A DNA stretch of 64,000 nt, taken from the IMG/VR virus record IMGVR_UViG_3300044611_001018; one strand, given 5' to 3'. Shown piece by piece: positions 8,279-18,762 of the stretch. The notes under the pieces were generated by a model. That model had not been told where the DNA came from. It was given only the letters and a program-made list of their open reading frames with translations, and made no database searches. A program made the position numbers and the translations under genes. The stretch is from a virus. Lineage: Duplodnaviria; Caudoviricetes. Within the stretch, counting starts at the first letter, position 1; every line of letters starts with the position of its first letter.

Positions 8279-9505
8279 TCATACTCCAGGTTTTTTAACA
8301 GGTCTTGAAGGATTATTTAATGGATTTTTTGAAAATCCTGCACGATGATCAACTGGTTTTTTCTGAGCACCACCATAAGTATCTGCTCTTGGGTCTTCAC
8401 CACGTTCGATTGCACCACGAATACCATGCATCTTCATTGATCTATTTCTAGAATCGCTTCTATACTTTCCATCATCATTAGTTCCCTTTTTAAAAGCATC
8501 ACTGGCATGTTGTGCTTCCTTTGCCTTCATTTTATCAAGATTAGCACTTTTAAAAGCTTCAATGATTTCATCAATAGTATCAAAGTCAAGTTCGTTTGCC
8601 ATAATCCATTCTGCATCTTCTAAGGTATCTGCATAACCTTCTACACAAAGATACTCAAGAACGATATCATAAGTATCAAACTCTTCACCCAATTTGGAAG
8701 CAACCTTACCAGCACCAGTGGAGACTGCTCTTGCTGCCTTACCTACAGCACTCTTAGCACCTGCTTTTGCTGCACCTGCTGCACCCTTTACATTACGCTT
8801 TGCAACTGCTGCCTTATTCTTAACAGATTGTACTGCTCTGTTTTTGACATCAGATGCTGCTTGCTTAGCAGAACGTGCTGCTGCATATCCTGAGACTGCT
8901 GCAGATGCTGCCTTTTGCTTTACTTTACCAATTGCAGATTTAATTTTTGATTTAACTCTAGAACCTACATGCTTGACAACTGCAGAGCGAAGTTCACCTC
9001 TACCTTTGCTTGACTGAGTTTTAAGACCTGCACCCTTAACTAAATTATGCTTACTTGCATATTTTGCAAGACCAACATGAGACTGCTGCTTAAGTCCCTT
9101 TGTAGTCTTCTCAGCAGATCCTTTAGCAGAAATAGCTTTTGTTTTAACTTTCTTAACTGTACTCTTAACTGCACCCTTTACCTTTTCCTTTGCTGCAGAG
9201 ACTGCTGCTGCTCTCTCAGCACCACGCTTAGATGATGAAGTTGACTTTTGATATGCTCTAGCATCTTTTGATCCAGCAGGAGCATATGGATTAAGTTCCA
9301 TAATTACTGCTTCAAAAATATCATCTAACTCATCAAGTTCAAGACCTTCTTCTAAAACTTCATAGACAGTTTCTTCAACAATGTCACTGAAATTCTCTTC
9401 AGTCAGATCTTCGATACCGTCGTATTCCTCTGAAAGGAATTCTTCAACCAATTCAATTGGTTCATAAATTGCTTGGTATGCTTCAGAAATATTAGTAAAG
9501 TTCAT
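8279..9505 (-). CDS. Acidic/basic modular protein, probable head-internal protein (408 aa)
   Basis: Acidic helical modules flank a long K/A-rich segment; TATAAATA late promoter at 9531-9538. Confidence 0.55.
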   Translation of the reverse strand: MNFTNISEAYQAIYEPIELVEEFLSEEYDGIEDLTEENFSDIVEETVYEVLEEGLELDELDDIFEAVIMELNPYAPAGSKDARAYQKSTSSSKRGAERAAAVSAAKEKVKGAVKSTVKKVKTKAISAKGSAEKTTKGLKQQSHVGLAKYASKHNLVKGAGLKTQSSKGRGELRSAVVKHVGSRVKSKIKSAIGKVKQKAASAAVSGYAAARSAKQAASDVKNRAVQSVKNKAAVAKRNVKGAAGAAKAGAKSAVGKAARAVSTGAGKVASKLGEEFDTYDIVLEYLCVEGYADTLEDAEWIMANELDFDTIDEIIEAFKSANLDKMKAKEAQHASDAFKKGTNDDGKYRSDSRNRSMKMHGIRGAIERGEDPRADTYGGAQKKPVDHRAGFSKNPLNNPSRPVKKPGV

Positions 9506-9530
9506 ATCCCTAGAATTAGATGTTTATTTG

Positions 9531-9561
9531 TATTTATAAAAAAAGGGAGGTTAACCCTCCC
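9531..9561 (-). terminator. nrdB terminator fused to a TATAAATA late promoter
   Basis: gggagg/cctccc hairpin plus T tract running directly into TATAAATA. Confidence 0.75.
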
Positions 9562-9566
9562 TAGTA

Positions 9567-10745
9567 TCAAAGTTTAAATCCAGTAAAAGTATCTTTATTA
9601 ACATCCTGTTTAATTCCACCAACAACATAAGATTCAACTTCTGTTTCTTGTGGAGCAACTTGCAATCCTTTTGAAGAAATCCAATGCTGTGTCCAAGGAA
9701 GTGGATTGTTCTTTGCAGAAATATCATAAAGAGGTTTAAGACCAATCGATTTCATTCTACGATTAGCAATCCATTCAACATACTGACAAAGAAGTTTATC
9801 ATTTAATCCAATCATAGAACCATCTTTAAACAAATATTCTGCCCATCTCTTTTCTTCATTTACCGCACGTTCAAACATTTTATAGACCCACTCTTCCTCT
9901 TCTTTTGCAATTTGCTTCATCTCAGGGTCATCACCATCTCGCCACTTATTCAAAATATTTTGGGTAATTGCTAAATGTTGGTTTTCGTCTCTTGCGATAA
10001 GACTAATAATTTTAGCTGATCCTTCCATAAGCTTAAGCTCACCAAATGCGAAAGAACAAGCAAAGCTAACGTAGAACCTAATACCTTCAAGAATATTGAC
10101 GTTGGCAACTGCTCTGTAGAGTTTTCGTTTAGCATCTTTGAGTGACTCCTTTGCTGAGTATACACCCTCTAATCGATGTAACCAATCATGTGAAGAACCG
10201 TATTGTTGTGCCGCTTGGATAAAGTCATCATATGACTCAGTAACACTCCTAGCACGTTCTAGAATACGTTCGTCTGTGATGATAGCGTCGAATACTTCAC
10301 TAGGGTCGGAATAAACATTTTTAATAATATATGTGTATGAGCGACTATGAATCATCTCCATGAATCCCCACACTTCCATACATGCTTCCAATTCAGGAAG
10401 TGAGCAGTATGGAATAAATGCCATTCCAGGTCCACGACCCTGAACAGAGTCCAACATAATCTGATACTTCAAGTTAGAAGTGTAGATATGCTTTTGTTCA
10501 GGGCGTAATGTTTGATAGTCACCACGGTCCTTCTGGAGAGATACCTCTTCAGGTCTCCAGAAGTATCCAAGTTGTTGGGTGGTTAGTTTATCGAAGACTG
10601 GATATTTGTATGAATCATATCTCTGGATTCCTAACGGTTGACCAAAAAACATTGGTTGTTTTTTTAATTCTACTTGTTCGGTGTTAAAAACCGTCATTCC
10701 TCTGATATTTTGTTTTTTGTCGGTTTCCAGAAAATTAAATTGCAT
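9567..10745 (-). CDS. nrdB: Ribonucleotide reductase class Ia beta subunit
   Basis: FWRPEEV, EMIHSRSY, LEGIRFYVSF, RDENQH, VAPQETE motifs. Confidence 0.97.
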   Translation of the reverse strand: MQFNFLETDKKQNIRGMTVFNTEQVELKKQPMFFGQPLGIQRYDSYKYPVFDKLTTQQLGYFWRPEEVSLQKDRGDYQTLRPEQKHIYTSNLKYQIMLDSVQGRGPGMAFIPYCSLPELEACMEVWGFMEMIHSRSYTYIIKNVYSDPSEVFDAIITDERILERARSVTESYDDFIQAAQQYGSSHDWLHRLEGVYSAKESLKDAKRKLYRAVANVNILEGIRFYVSFACSFAFGELKLMEGSAKIISLIARDENQHLAITQNILNKWRDGDDPEMKQIAKEEEEWVYKMFERAVNEEKRWAEYLFKDGSMIGLNDKLLCQYVEWIANRRMKSIGLKPLYDISAKNNPLPWTQHWISSKGLQVAPQETEVESYVVGGIKQDVNKDTFTGFKL

Positions 10746-10793
10746 ACCTCTATGTCTCCCTAAATTATTTAAACTTAAAAAATGTTATCAAAC

Positions 10794-13106
10794 TCAAATT
10801 TTACAACTTTCACAATCTTCCTCTTCAGAAGTTTCTAGAATATCATCAAGAAGATTCTTGACTTTATTATCTATCTTATCTTCAATTTCATCACTCTTCA
10901 TATCATGAGTGTTCTGATAATAAGAAGTCTTCCAACCATACTTGTAAGTTCTTAAAAAGTCATTTGCCATTACTGAAGTAGGAACTTCATTATCGGGATA
11001 ATTTTCTGGATTATACGACCAGTTTCCAGAAATCGCTTGATCGAAGAACTTTTGCATAACAGCAACAATATTGATATAACCAGTATTGTCAGGCATATCC
11101 CAAAGAAGCGTATAAGCATTCTTAAGTGTTTGATACTGCGGGACAATCTGCTTGAGAGGTCCCTTCTTCGACTTTTTAACGGACAAGTATCCGCGAGGAG
11201 GTTCGATTCCATTGGTTGCGTTTGACACAACGGAACTGCTCTCCGATGGCATCTGTGCGGACAGTGTTGAGTGCCTGAGACCGTGAGCCAGGATTGATGC
11301 TCTAAGTTCTTCCCAATCATGTTGAAGGTTAATAGATGAAATTTCGTCTACGTCTTTTTTGTATGTATCGATTGGGAGAATACCATCAGCATACTTTGTT
11401 CTATTGAAATATGTACAAGAACCTTTTTCTTTTGCTATTTGATTAGATGATTTCAACAAATAGTATTGAAAAGATTCTGACAATCCATGAACTGCATCCC
11501 ATGCTTCTTGTGAAGAATAATTATATCCAAGTTTTGCCAAATAGTGTGCTAGACCAATATACCCTACACCAAGAGAACGACGCGCCTTCGTGGCGATTTC
11601 TGCCGCCTTTACTGGGTATTTCTGATAGTCAATTAACTCCTCAAGTCCTCGAACAGACAAGTCACAAAGTTCTTCAAGTTCTTCATCAGACTTAACTTTT
11701 CCAACATTAATGGCAGAAAGAATGCAGAGTGCAATTTCACCTTCACCATCAATGTGTTCAAGAGGGTCTGTTGGAAGAGTAATTTCTTGACACAAGTTAC
11801 TCATATTCACCTTATCTTTAAAAGATGAATGAGAATTACAATGGTCAATATTCATAATGTAAATACGACCAGTCTCTGCCCTCTCTTTCAAGAGGTCCAG
11901 AATGAGTTCTTGAGCTCCAATAGTTTTTCTTGGAACAGACTGATCTCGTTCATAATCCACATACATATCGTCAAATCGATCAGTCCCAAAAGCATCATAC
12001 AGACCAGGAACGTCGTGCGGGGAGAAGAGGGTAATTTCTCCGTCTTGAATGAATCGTTCATAGAAGAGTTTAGAAATTTGGATACTGTAGTCTAACTTAC
12101 GAACACGATTATCTTCGGTTCCTTTATTATTTTTTAATACAAGAATGTCCTCTATTTCTTGGTGCCAGATTGGGAAGTGGACAGTTGCTGATCCACCTCG
12201 GATGCCATTTTGAGTGCAGCATCGGACAGTTGCCTCAAACTTTTTGAGGAATGGGATAACACCTGTATGAGCAACTTCTCCCCCTCGGATTTTGCTGTTG
12301 ATGCCACGGATGCGACCTGCGTTGATACCGATTCCCGCCCTTTGTGCAACATACCTGCCGATAGCCATATCAGAAGTAAAGATGCTATCGAGGGTGTCAT
12401 CAACATCAACAAGAACACAGCTAGCAAATTGTCGAAGTGGAGTTCGCACTCCTGCCATGATAGGTGTGGGAATGTTGATTTTGTGCTTTGAGATTGCGTC
12501 ATAGTACCTCCTGACATATGACATTCTGGTTTCTTTGGGATACTCTGCAAAGATAGTCAGAGCAATCATCATATACATGAACTGAGGAGTTTCATATACA
12601 CCTCCACCACTTCTATCCTGCACAAGGTACTTATCAACTACCTGGCGAAGTCCAGCATAAGTGAATAAGAAATCACGAGTATGGTCAATAAAACTATTAA
12701 CCTTTGCAAATTCCTCTTTAGTATATCTAGAAAGAATATCTTCATCATAGACACCTTTGTTAACGCATTTATCAATATGCTCACTTAAAGTGGGGATATC
12801 ATGCAGTTTTCCATAAATTGATTTACGAATAGAAAACAAAAGAAGTCTTGCTGCCACATACTGATAATTTGGGTGTTCAAGATCAATCAAGTCAGAAGCA
12901 GACCGAATTAAAATTTCTTGAATTTGAGATGTTGTTACACCATCATAAAATTGTATTCCAGATTGAATCTCTACTTGAGATGCAGACACTCCCGCAAGGT
13001 CTTTACATGCAAGATCAACCATTACATGCATCTTATCAAGGTTGATTGGTTCAACCTTACCGCTTCTCTTAATTACTTTAATTCCGTTGCTCATATTTTC
13101 TTCCAA
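10794..13106 (-). CDS. nrdA: Ribonucleotide reductase class Ia alpha subunit
   Basis: N-terminal ATP cone; PTPIMAG, QFASCVL, SNLCQEI, C-terminal CESCKI. Confidence 0.98.
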   Translation of the reverse strand: MEENMSNGIKVIKRSGKVEPINLDKMHVMVDLACKDLAGVSASQVEIQSGIQFYDGVTTSQIQEILIRSASDLIDLEHPNYQYVAARLLLFSIRKSIYGKLHDIPTLSEHIDKCVNKGVYDEDILSRYTKEEFAKVNSFIDHTRDFLFTYAGLRQVVDKYLVQDRSGGGVYETPQFMYMMIALTIFAEYPKETRMSYVRRYYDAISKHKINIPTPIMAGVRTPLRQFASCVLVDVDDTLDSIFTSDMAIGRYVAQRAGIGINAGRIRGINSKIRGGEVAHTGVIPFLKKFEATVRCCTQNGIRGGSATVHFPIWHQEIEDILVLKNNKGTEDNRVRKLDYSIQISKLFYERFIQDGEITLFSPHDVPGLYDAFGTDRFDDMYVDYERDQSVPRKTIGAQELILDLLKERAETGRIYIMNIDHCNSHSSFKDKVNMSNLCQEITLPTDPLEHIDGEGEIALCILSAINVGKVKSDEELEELCDLSVRGLEELIDYQKYPVKAAEIATKARRSLGVGYIGLAHYLAKLGYNYSSQEAWDAVHGLSESFQYYLLKSSNQIAKEKGSCTYFNRTKYADGILPIDTYKKDVDEISSINLQHDWEELRASILAHGLRHSTLSAQMPSESSSVVSNATNGIEPPRGYLSVKKSKKGPLKQIVPQYQTLKNAYTLLWDMPDNTGYINIVAVMQKFFDQAISGNWSYNPENYPDNEVPTSVMANDFLRTYKYGWKTSYYQNTHDMKSDEIEDKIDNKVKNLLDDILETSEEEDCESCKI

Positions 13107-14062
13107 GTGGTAAATTTAAGTTTTGCTTCTAATCCAGAATAAGTATTTAATTCTATCACGGACTTAACATCAAGTCCAGATAAAACCATATCATTAATAT
13201 CTTTTTCTTTTATACTAGAGGGCCAGATGACAATTCTTTCTCCTCGTTCAATGGCACGAGCAATGCGGGAGACGATTTCGGCATTACGTGGTTCGTTATC
13301 ATAGATCCAAACAGGATTGCTAATACCCCACTTACCAAGATCACCATCAGCTCCACAAAGAGCAATCGAGTTTGGAATGAAAGTGGAATCGAACGGACCT
13401 TCGGTGACGTAGATAGTTTTGTCTTTTTGTATTTGATTGAGTCCATAAATTTTTGGGGCATCTTCACTAAGCATCACAGTAATATATTTAACAGAGTTTG
13501 AACCTAAGGATCTTCCCTGGAATCCAATCAAGTTATTATCAGTATCATACATTGGTATAATAATGCGACTTTCATCTCTACCAATGGTGTCGAACGTAAC
13601 TTTTTGAGTGTTAGTCCACTCTTTAAATTTGTCAGTGAAATAAAACTTTTCTGGATTAAGTTTTCTATTTTCTAGATACTCTCTGGCAATTGGAACTTCT
13701 GATGCTTTGGGCAAATCCAGTTTCTTTTTAAATACTGGTTTTGCAAATTCAAATTTAGGTTCTTCTGTTGTAAAATTTTTTCCAGTATGACCTTCTTTAA
13801 ATTTTTCTAAAGTATATTTTTTATAAAGTTCGGAGTCAACCTTTTTTAAGAAGTTATTAAAAGATAAACTAACTCCACAGTTATGGCATTTATAATTTGC
13901 ATTATTCTTTACATTGTAAATATATCCACGCGCCTTAGTTTTGTTCTTTTGAGAATCTCCACAAATTGGACACCTAAAATTATACAGGTCTTTCTTTACA
14001 AACTTAAACTTTTGAAGACGAGGAGCTATTAGGTTAATAAACCTAACGTCAACATAATCCAT
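13091..14062 (-). CDS. gp61: DNA primase (T4 gp61-like)
   Basis: Zn finger CPICGDS...CHNC; TOPRIM YVTEGPFDS, IYDNEPRN; start re-assigned to MDYVD at 14062. Confidence 0.93.
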   Translation of the reverse strand: MDYVDVRFINLIAPRLQKFKFVKKDLYNFRCPICGDSQKNKTKARGYIYNVKNNANYKCHNCGVSLSFNNFLKKVDSELYKKYTLEKFKEGHTGKNFTTEEPKFEFAKPVFKKKLDLPKASEVPIAREYLENRKLNPEKFYFTDKFKEWTNTQKVTFDTIGRDESRIIIPMYDTDNNLIGFQGRSLGSNSVKYITVMLSEDAPKIYGLNQIQKDKTIYVTEGPFDSTFIPNSIALCGADGDLGKWGISNPVWIYDNEPRNAEIVSRIARAIERGERIVIWPSSIKEKDINDMVLSGLDVKSVIELNTYSGLEAKLKFTTWKKI

Positions 14063-14084
14063 AACAATTAATTTGAGTTGACCA

Positions 14085-14113
14085 ATACTACCATCCCCAG
14101 AACCTGCTGTCAA
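14085..14113 (-). promoter_or_regulatory. Sigma70-type promoter for primase-nrdA-nrdB
   Basis: TTGACA-N17-TAGTAT. Confidence 0.7.
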
Positions 14114-14248
14114 CCTCCAAATCCATTAAACAGACACTAATAACGCTAGTCCATTTAATGACTGTGTTTGTTAATTCTTGTAGACAGTAAACTGAGTCAA
14201 TATTCTTATGTTGTTTCTTAATCATGGTTCTAACTAAACCATGATTAT

Positions 14249-14659
14249 TTATTTTGTGCGCTCTATTATAACCTGTTGTGGAGCGGTTGGTTTTGGTATA
14301 AATCCGTTGAATAATGTAAGTCCCAAAACAAAAACAGCAAGGACTCCTCCTGCCTGCCATCTAAACTTTGATAACTCATCCAATTTTGTTTGAATTATTT
14401 GAAATCTTTGTTCTATTTCCTGATGCTCTTTATTATTATCTTCCTTCATCTCATCAATCATTTTGATGAGAAGGTCATCATTCTTCATGCTTTGCTCAAT
14501 CCTTTCGTCGTGCTTTGCAAGGATTGTTGCAATGCGAGAATTACCTTCTGAAATTTTATCAACCGCTGCTTCTAACTTTGCTAGCATTTCGCGGGATAAA
14601 TCTTCGTAAATACCGAGTTTAGATTCAAGAACCGCTAATTTTGATTCTTGGGAAAACAT
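14249..14659 (-). CDS. Coiled-coil protein with C-terminal TM helix
   Basis: Heptad-rich body; WQAGGVLAVFVLGLTLF segment. Confidence 0.6.
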   Translation of the reverse strand: MFSQESKLAVLESKLGIYEDLSREMLAKLEAAVDKISEGNSRIATILAKHDERIEQSMKNDDLLIKMIDEMKEDNNKEHQEIEQRFQIIQTKLDELSKFRWQAGGVLAVFVLGLTLFNGFIPKPTAPQQVIIERTK

Positions 14660-14660
14660 A

Positions 14661-14861
14661 TTACCTCTTTTTGTTTTTCCTTAAAAATTTACTGTATTCT
14701 TTTGGAAGTCTTCTCATAACTTTAGTTCTTCCATCCATCACAGGGTCAAATCCAGCAACTGTTGTAGGTTCACCTTTTGACGTATATCCACCACTTGTTC
14801 CTGGGGCATTAGCAACCATATTTTCTCGAATAATTTGAATGATTTTATCAAGTGGGTTCAT
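14661..14861 (-). CDS. Hypothetical protein (66 aa)
   Basis: ORF tightly packed in the operon. Confidence 0.6.
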   Translation of the reverse strand: MNPLDKIIQIIRENMVANAPGTSGGYTSKGEPTTVAGFDPVMDGRTKVMRRLPKEYSKFLRKNKKR

Positions 14862-15237
14862 CTTTATAAACCTTCCGTAGTTCTGCTAAACAGTGAATGT
14901 CAACAGGAATATCGTGGATATAAGTTTTAGGATATTCTGGGAGTCTATTCAAAAATATAATAAATGTTTTCATTACATCCCATAAATCCCTTTCTATCTT
15001 ATAAAAGAGCATTGGTGTAGCTGCTTCTCCAAAAATATTATAAAGAATTATAAAATGATTAATCAAAAGATGAGTTTTCAATTGACCACTGTTTCTATAC
15101 CTTTTAAGTAATCTTTTGATATACTTAAAATGATTTAGGTCTTTATCAAAATCATCTTTTGTAACCGCTTGAGGGTTCTCATAATTTTTTATAGCAAATA
15201 ATAAAAAATTATCTTCATTCAATTCAGTAAAATTCAT
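14848..15237 (-). CDS. Conserved T4-like phage hypothetical protein
   Basis: FLLFAIKNYENP..HFKYIKRLL..LINHFIILYNIFG pattern seen in T4-like phages. Confidence 0.65.
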   Translation of the reverse strand: MNFTELNEDNFLLFAIKNYENPQAVTKDDFDKDLNHFKYIKRLLKRYRNSGQLKTHLLINHFIILYNIFGEAATPMLFYKIERDLWDVMKTFIIFLNRLPEYPKTYIHDIPVDIHCLAELRKVYKDEPT

Positions 15238-15252
15238 ATTTTCAACTATCTA

Positions 15253-16023
15253 TCAAGCAAGTGGATTGCCGTCATAAATTGGAGTATTACCAGTTGTAAT
15301 TCCAGACATTGCAACTAGAGTTTCCTTTTTAACTCTAAGATTGCCGTGTTGGTCAACATAGGTAGTAACACCAACCCATCCACCATGAGTTAATTCATAA
15401 GCAGTTGTTGCTGAACTTTCCAGTCCAGCAGCAGCAACACCGTAAACACTCTTACCATAAGTACCACTTGATCTAGTGATATTTACAGCAGCACCACTTG
15501 CAAGAGAACTTGCAATTGTTGAACCAAAGGATACTGTAGTAGAAGCAATGGAAACAATTACTTTAGAGACACTACCACTTACAAAAGTATCTCCAGCAAT
15601 AATTCCCGCAGTTGATGCGATTGCAACAGTTGCCACGCCAACAGCAGCAGTTGAAGCTACACTTGTTTGAACTACAACTGTGGTCTCCGCAGAGTTACTC
15701 TGCACATTATATTGAGTGTAATTGCTATCAATAACTGTATATTTTGGAAGTTCACTAATATCAAATGCCAATCCAGAAATTGCTGCTCCACTTAAACCAG
15801 CAGTTGATGCAATTGATAGTTGTTGTGTTCCAGCAATACTAACAATTACAGCATCGCCAACATAGGTGCTATCAGTTCTACTACCAAATCTAATTACATT
15901 TCCAGTGGCAGCAGCACCAACTTGACCAAACGTAGTTCCAGAACCAGTAACAACAAGAGTAGCATAATTCAGAGAGACTGTACCCCCTGAAAACTTAGCA
16001 TCATTATTTCCCCAGAGTGCCAT
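15253..16023 (-). CDS. Probable virion structural protein (MALWG...ETLVAM type)
   Basis: A/S/T/G-rich; TATAAATA late promoter at 16055-16062. Confidence 0.6.
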   Translation of the reverse strand: MALWGNNDAKFSGGTVSLNYATLVVTGSGTTFGQVGAAATGNVIRFGSRTDSTYVGDAVIVSIAGTQQLSIASTAGLSGAAISGLAFDISELPKYTVIDSNYTQYNVQSNSAETTVVVQTSVASTAAVGVATVAIASTAGIIAGDTFVSGSVSKVIVSIASTTVSFGSTIASSLASGAAVNITRSSGTYGKSVYGVAAAGLESSATTAYELTHGGWVGVTTYVDQHGNLRVKKETLVAMSGITTGNTPIYDGNPLA

Positions 16024-16077
16024 GTGATTGCCTAAGATAACTATTTTCTTTTTTTATTTATAAAAACACTGAGGTAG

Positions 16078-16106
16078 AAAAAAAGGACCTTTTATTTTTT
16101 AGGTCC
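16078..16106 (-). terminator. Rho-independent terminator
   Basis: ggacct/aggtcc stem plus T tract. Confidence 0.55.
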
Positions 16107-16256
16107 CTTATGAAGAACTACTCTTAAAAAATTTGTAGTCAAATCCAGTAATCCATTTTCTTCAAATCTTTTTGTTTTTGATAACCACTCAGATGTAGTA
16201 AACAATAGACCAAGAATAATGGTTACTCCCCAGTTAGTTACAAAACAAGTAATCAT
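16092..16256 (-). CDS. Small single-TM protein (54 aa)
   Basis: Manual translation MITCFVTNWGVTIILGLLFTTSEWLSKTKRFEENG...; ATGA overlap. Confidence 0.55.
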   Translation of the reverse strand: MITCFVTNWGVTIILGLLFTTSEWLSKTKRFEENGLLDLTTNFLRVVLHKGPKK

Positions 16257-16468
16257 GCTTGTGGTGTAAAGAGTTTATCTTTAACCAATTCATAAACTAC
16301 GTTGTCAATACTATTATCTGTACTATCAACGTACTTCTTGAGCAAGTCTAGAACAAGATTCTTGACCGCTGGATGTGTTGCAATTTGAATTAGAAGTGGT
16401 TTTACCACTGCTACTACTGCGCCCATGATGACCTCCGTATGAGAGTATCCTGGCCTATTTAGTATCAA
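16253..16468 (-). CDS. Small hypothetical protein
   Basis: ORF track; likely start at MGAVVAVVKP. Confidence 0.55.
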   Translation of the reverse strand: MILNRPGYSHTEVIMGAVVAVVKPLLIQIATHPAVKNLVLDLLKKYVDSTDNSIDNVVYELVKDKLFTPQA

Positions 16469-18750
16469 TCAAATCTAGAAGACATATTATCTCTTGCTCT
16501 TTGAGCATCAGCACGACGTTTTGCAACTTTTTGTGCGGGAGATGCTGGAGCACCATATTGTCCTGCAGTAGGTGGTTTCTTACCAGGGACTTTCTTTTGT
16601 CCTCTTGGTTGAATAGCACCACCAGCACCCATCCTTCCAGCACCCATGGTTTTGTGCATATGTCTCATTACTTTTGAATGAGTATCATCACCACCCATGG
16701 TTCCACCTTTAGTTACTGGTTTACCAGTTTTATAATCCTTACCCTTTTCTTTTTCATAACGATTTAATTCATCAAGTTCAGTCTCCTCTTGATATGCACT
16801 TTTACGTGTTGCTAAAATTCTTTCTAACTTTGCTTTAGCATTTAAAGTTTGCTGTTGTTCAGTGTCTTTTTGTTTTGGTGACAACGATGATTGTGGATCT
16901 ACTGCTTCTTTTGCCTCAATTTTTTTAGCAATTTTATGTGCTTTTTTAATAGTCGATTTTTCTAGTGGTGGAGTGTCACCAGTTGACTTCATCGCTGCTG
17001 CCATACCGATTGCATAGGGTTCTCTTGCTGCTTCAGGAACACAATTAGGAACCTCTTTACCATTTTTAATTTTTGTTCCTCTAGCAACTTTACCAGGCCA
17101 ACACTTACTAGCACCGACATTTTTACGTGCTTGTGCAAGATCTTCATCAACTACATCACCTTCTGGTTCAAAAGATGATTTTTGAAGATGTGCTGCTGCT
17201 TTATATGCAGGGTTGCCTGACTTAAAGTTTTGCCATGCTTTAGTATTTCCAGTCTTATCTGCTTTGGTAACAACCATTCGGGTATCTTTTGGTTCCTTTT
17301 TTTGACCCCCATAAACGGCTTCATCCATCTCATAAGAATTTTTAAGGACTTTGTGTGCTGCTTGTGCTGCTTTTGCAGTTGCCTTTACACCAGATGCTAC
17401 TCCTTTACCAAATTCAGATGCACCCTTCGCTGCAACTTTTACTGCCTTACCAGCAGTTGCGGTTGCCGCTTTATGGCGCTCCATACCTTGCTGATATGCC
17501 TTAACAGCACCAAGAACACCTCTAGCAATCCTATCCTTTAAAGGTTTTTTAGCAGGTTGTTGCTTTTTGGCACTTGCAACAGCAGATTGTCTTTGCAGTG
17601 CTGCCTTCATTCCCGATGGTTTTGAAGAAGATGCCTTCGATTCAGAATCTTTTCTTGCTTGCTTTTCTTTACGAAGTCTAGCAATAGCAGCAGTTTTTGC
17701 ACCACCTTTAAGAGAACCTACAGATTTACCAGCTTTGGTTTTTGGTTCTACTCTTACCCCACCTGCTCTTGCTTCAGTAAGGATATATTCTTCAGACAAT
17801 TCAAATACAAATTGGACAAAATCTTCGATACCAAGTTCTTCAATTAAAATATCTACTCCAGTAGAATTTAATCCTTCTTGATAAAAATACTCTGATGCAA
17901 TATCAACAGATTCTAAAATACTTTCTTCTTTTAATTGTGGATTAATTACAATTTTATTATTTACATTTTTCTCTGAAATTTTTTTAACATCACCATTTTT
18001 GGAATTTTGAATGACTTCATGAAGTTCATTTCTCCAATCTGAAAATTCTTCAAATGATTCTTTTCTTACTTTTTTATTTCTAGTGTCTTGCCCATTAGGA
18101 GTTCCACCAGTTGCTCTTTGAATAGCATTATGAACTGCTCCTGCATGTTCTTTACTTCCACTTTCAATCTTACCATCCCCATCATAATCCTTCTTTGCCT
18201 TTTTGCCACCTGGTTTATGTTGAAGAGCAGCAGCAGTTTGTTCACCCTTTTTCTTTTCACCCTCATATGGACTACCATATGAAGTTCCAGTTACAGATTG
18301 AATTTGAGGATTGGATCTCAGTTGATGAATTTTTGTTCTAGAAGCATATCTACGATATGGTTTTCCATATCCTTTTGCTGGAGTAACTAAAACTTTTTGC
18401 TTATCTTCTTCTTCAATTTGATCAACTTCTTCTTTAACTCCACCACTAAAAAGCATTGCCTTTGCAGCATCCTTAACTGGAGCTGATGCACTAGAATTTT
18501 GAAGTGCTTGAGTAAACGCTCTCTCTAAAGGAATACCTTCTCGTCTTGCCTTGTATCTTGTATCGTATGCAAGTTGTCTTGCTTGCTTTTTAATATTGTC
18601 TTCCCCGCCACCACCAGCAGCATCCTTTTTATCACCACCAGATCCGCTGGAAGATGCAGATGATTTGCCTAATTGAGGTTTAATTTTTGCTTCCATCTCA
18701 GTCAAGTAAACTTGATGGAGGTCTGTGATGATATGCTGTAGTTTTGCCAT
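16465..18750 (-). CDS. Large modular acidic/basic protein, probable processed head-internal polyprotein (761 aa)
   Basis: Alternating K/A/G-rich and acidic modules; KKDYDGDG and KCWPG..VPNCVPE motifs. Confidence 0.55.
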   Translation of the reverse strand: MAKLQHIITDLHQVYLTEMEAKIKPQLGKSSASSSGSGGDKKDAAGGGGEDNIKKQARQLAYDTRYKARREGIPLERAFTQALQNSSASAPVKDAAKAMLFSGGVKEEVDQIEEEDKQKVLVTPAKGYGKPYRRYASRTKIHQLRSNPQIQSVTGTSYGSPYEGEKKKGEQTAAALQHKPGGKKAKKDYDGDGKIESGSKEHAGAVHNAIQRATGGTPNGQDTRNKKVRKESFEEFSDWRNELHEVIQNSKNGDVKKISEKNVNNKIVINPQLKEESILESVDIASEYFYQEGLNSTGVDILIEELGIEDFVQFVFELSEEYILTEARAGGVRVEPKTKAGKSVGSLKGGAKTAAIARLRKEKQARKDSESKASSSKPSGMKAALQRQSAVASAKKQQPAKKPLKDRIARGVLGAVKAYQQGMERHKAATATAGKAVKVAAKGASEFGKGVASGVKATAKAAQAAHKVLKNSYEMDEAVYGGQKKEPKDTRMVVTKADKTGNTKAWQNFKSGNPAYKAAAHLQKSSFEPEGDVVDEDLAQARKNVGASKCWPGKVARGTKIKNGKEVPNCVPEAAREPYAIGMAAAMKSTGDTPPLEKSTIKKAHKIAKKIEAKEAVDPQSSLSPKQKDTEQQQTLNAKAKLERILATRKSAYQEETELDELNRYEKEKGKDYKTGKPVTKGGTMGGDDTHSKVMRHMHKTMGAGRMGAGGAIQPRGQKKVPGKKPPTAGQYGAPASPAQKVAKRRADAQRARDNMSSRFD

Positions 18751-18762
18751 TACTCTAATTAG

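Noticed and set aside
9567-13106. Introns or inteins in nrdA/nrdB (also checked gp43, gp41, uvsX, gp23)
   Set aside because: All are uninterrupted ORFs of ordinary length with no splicing motifs
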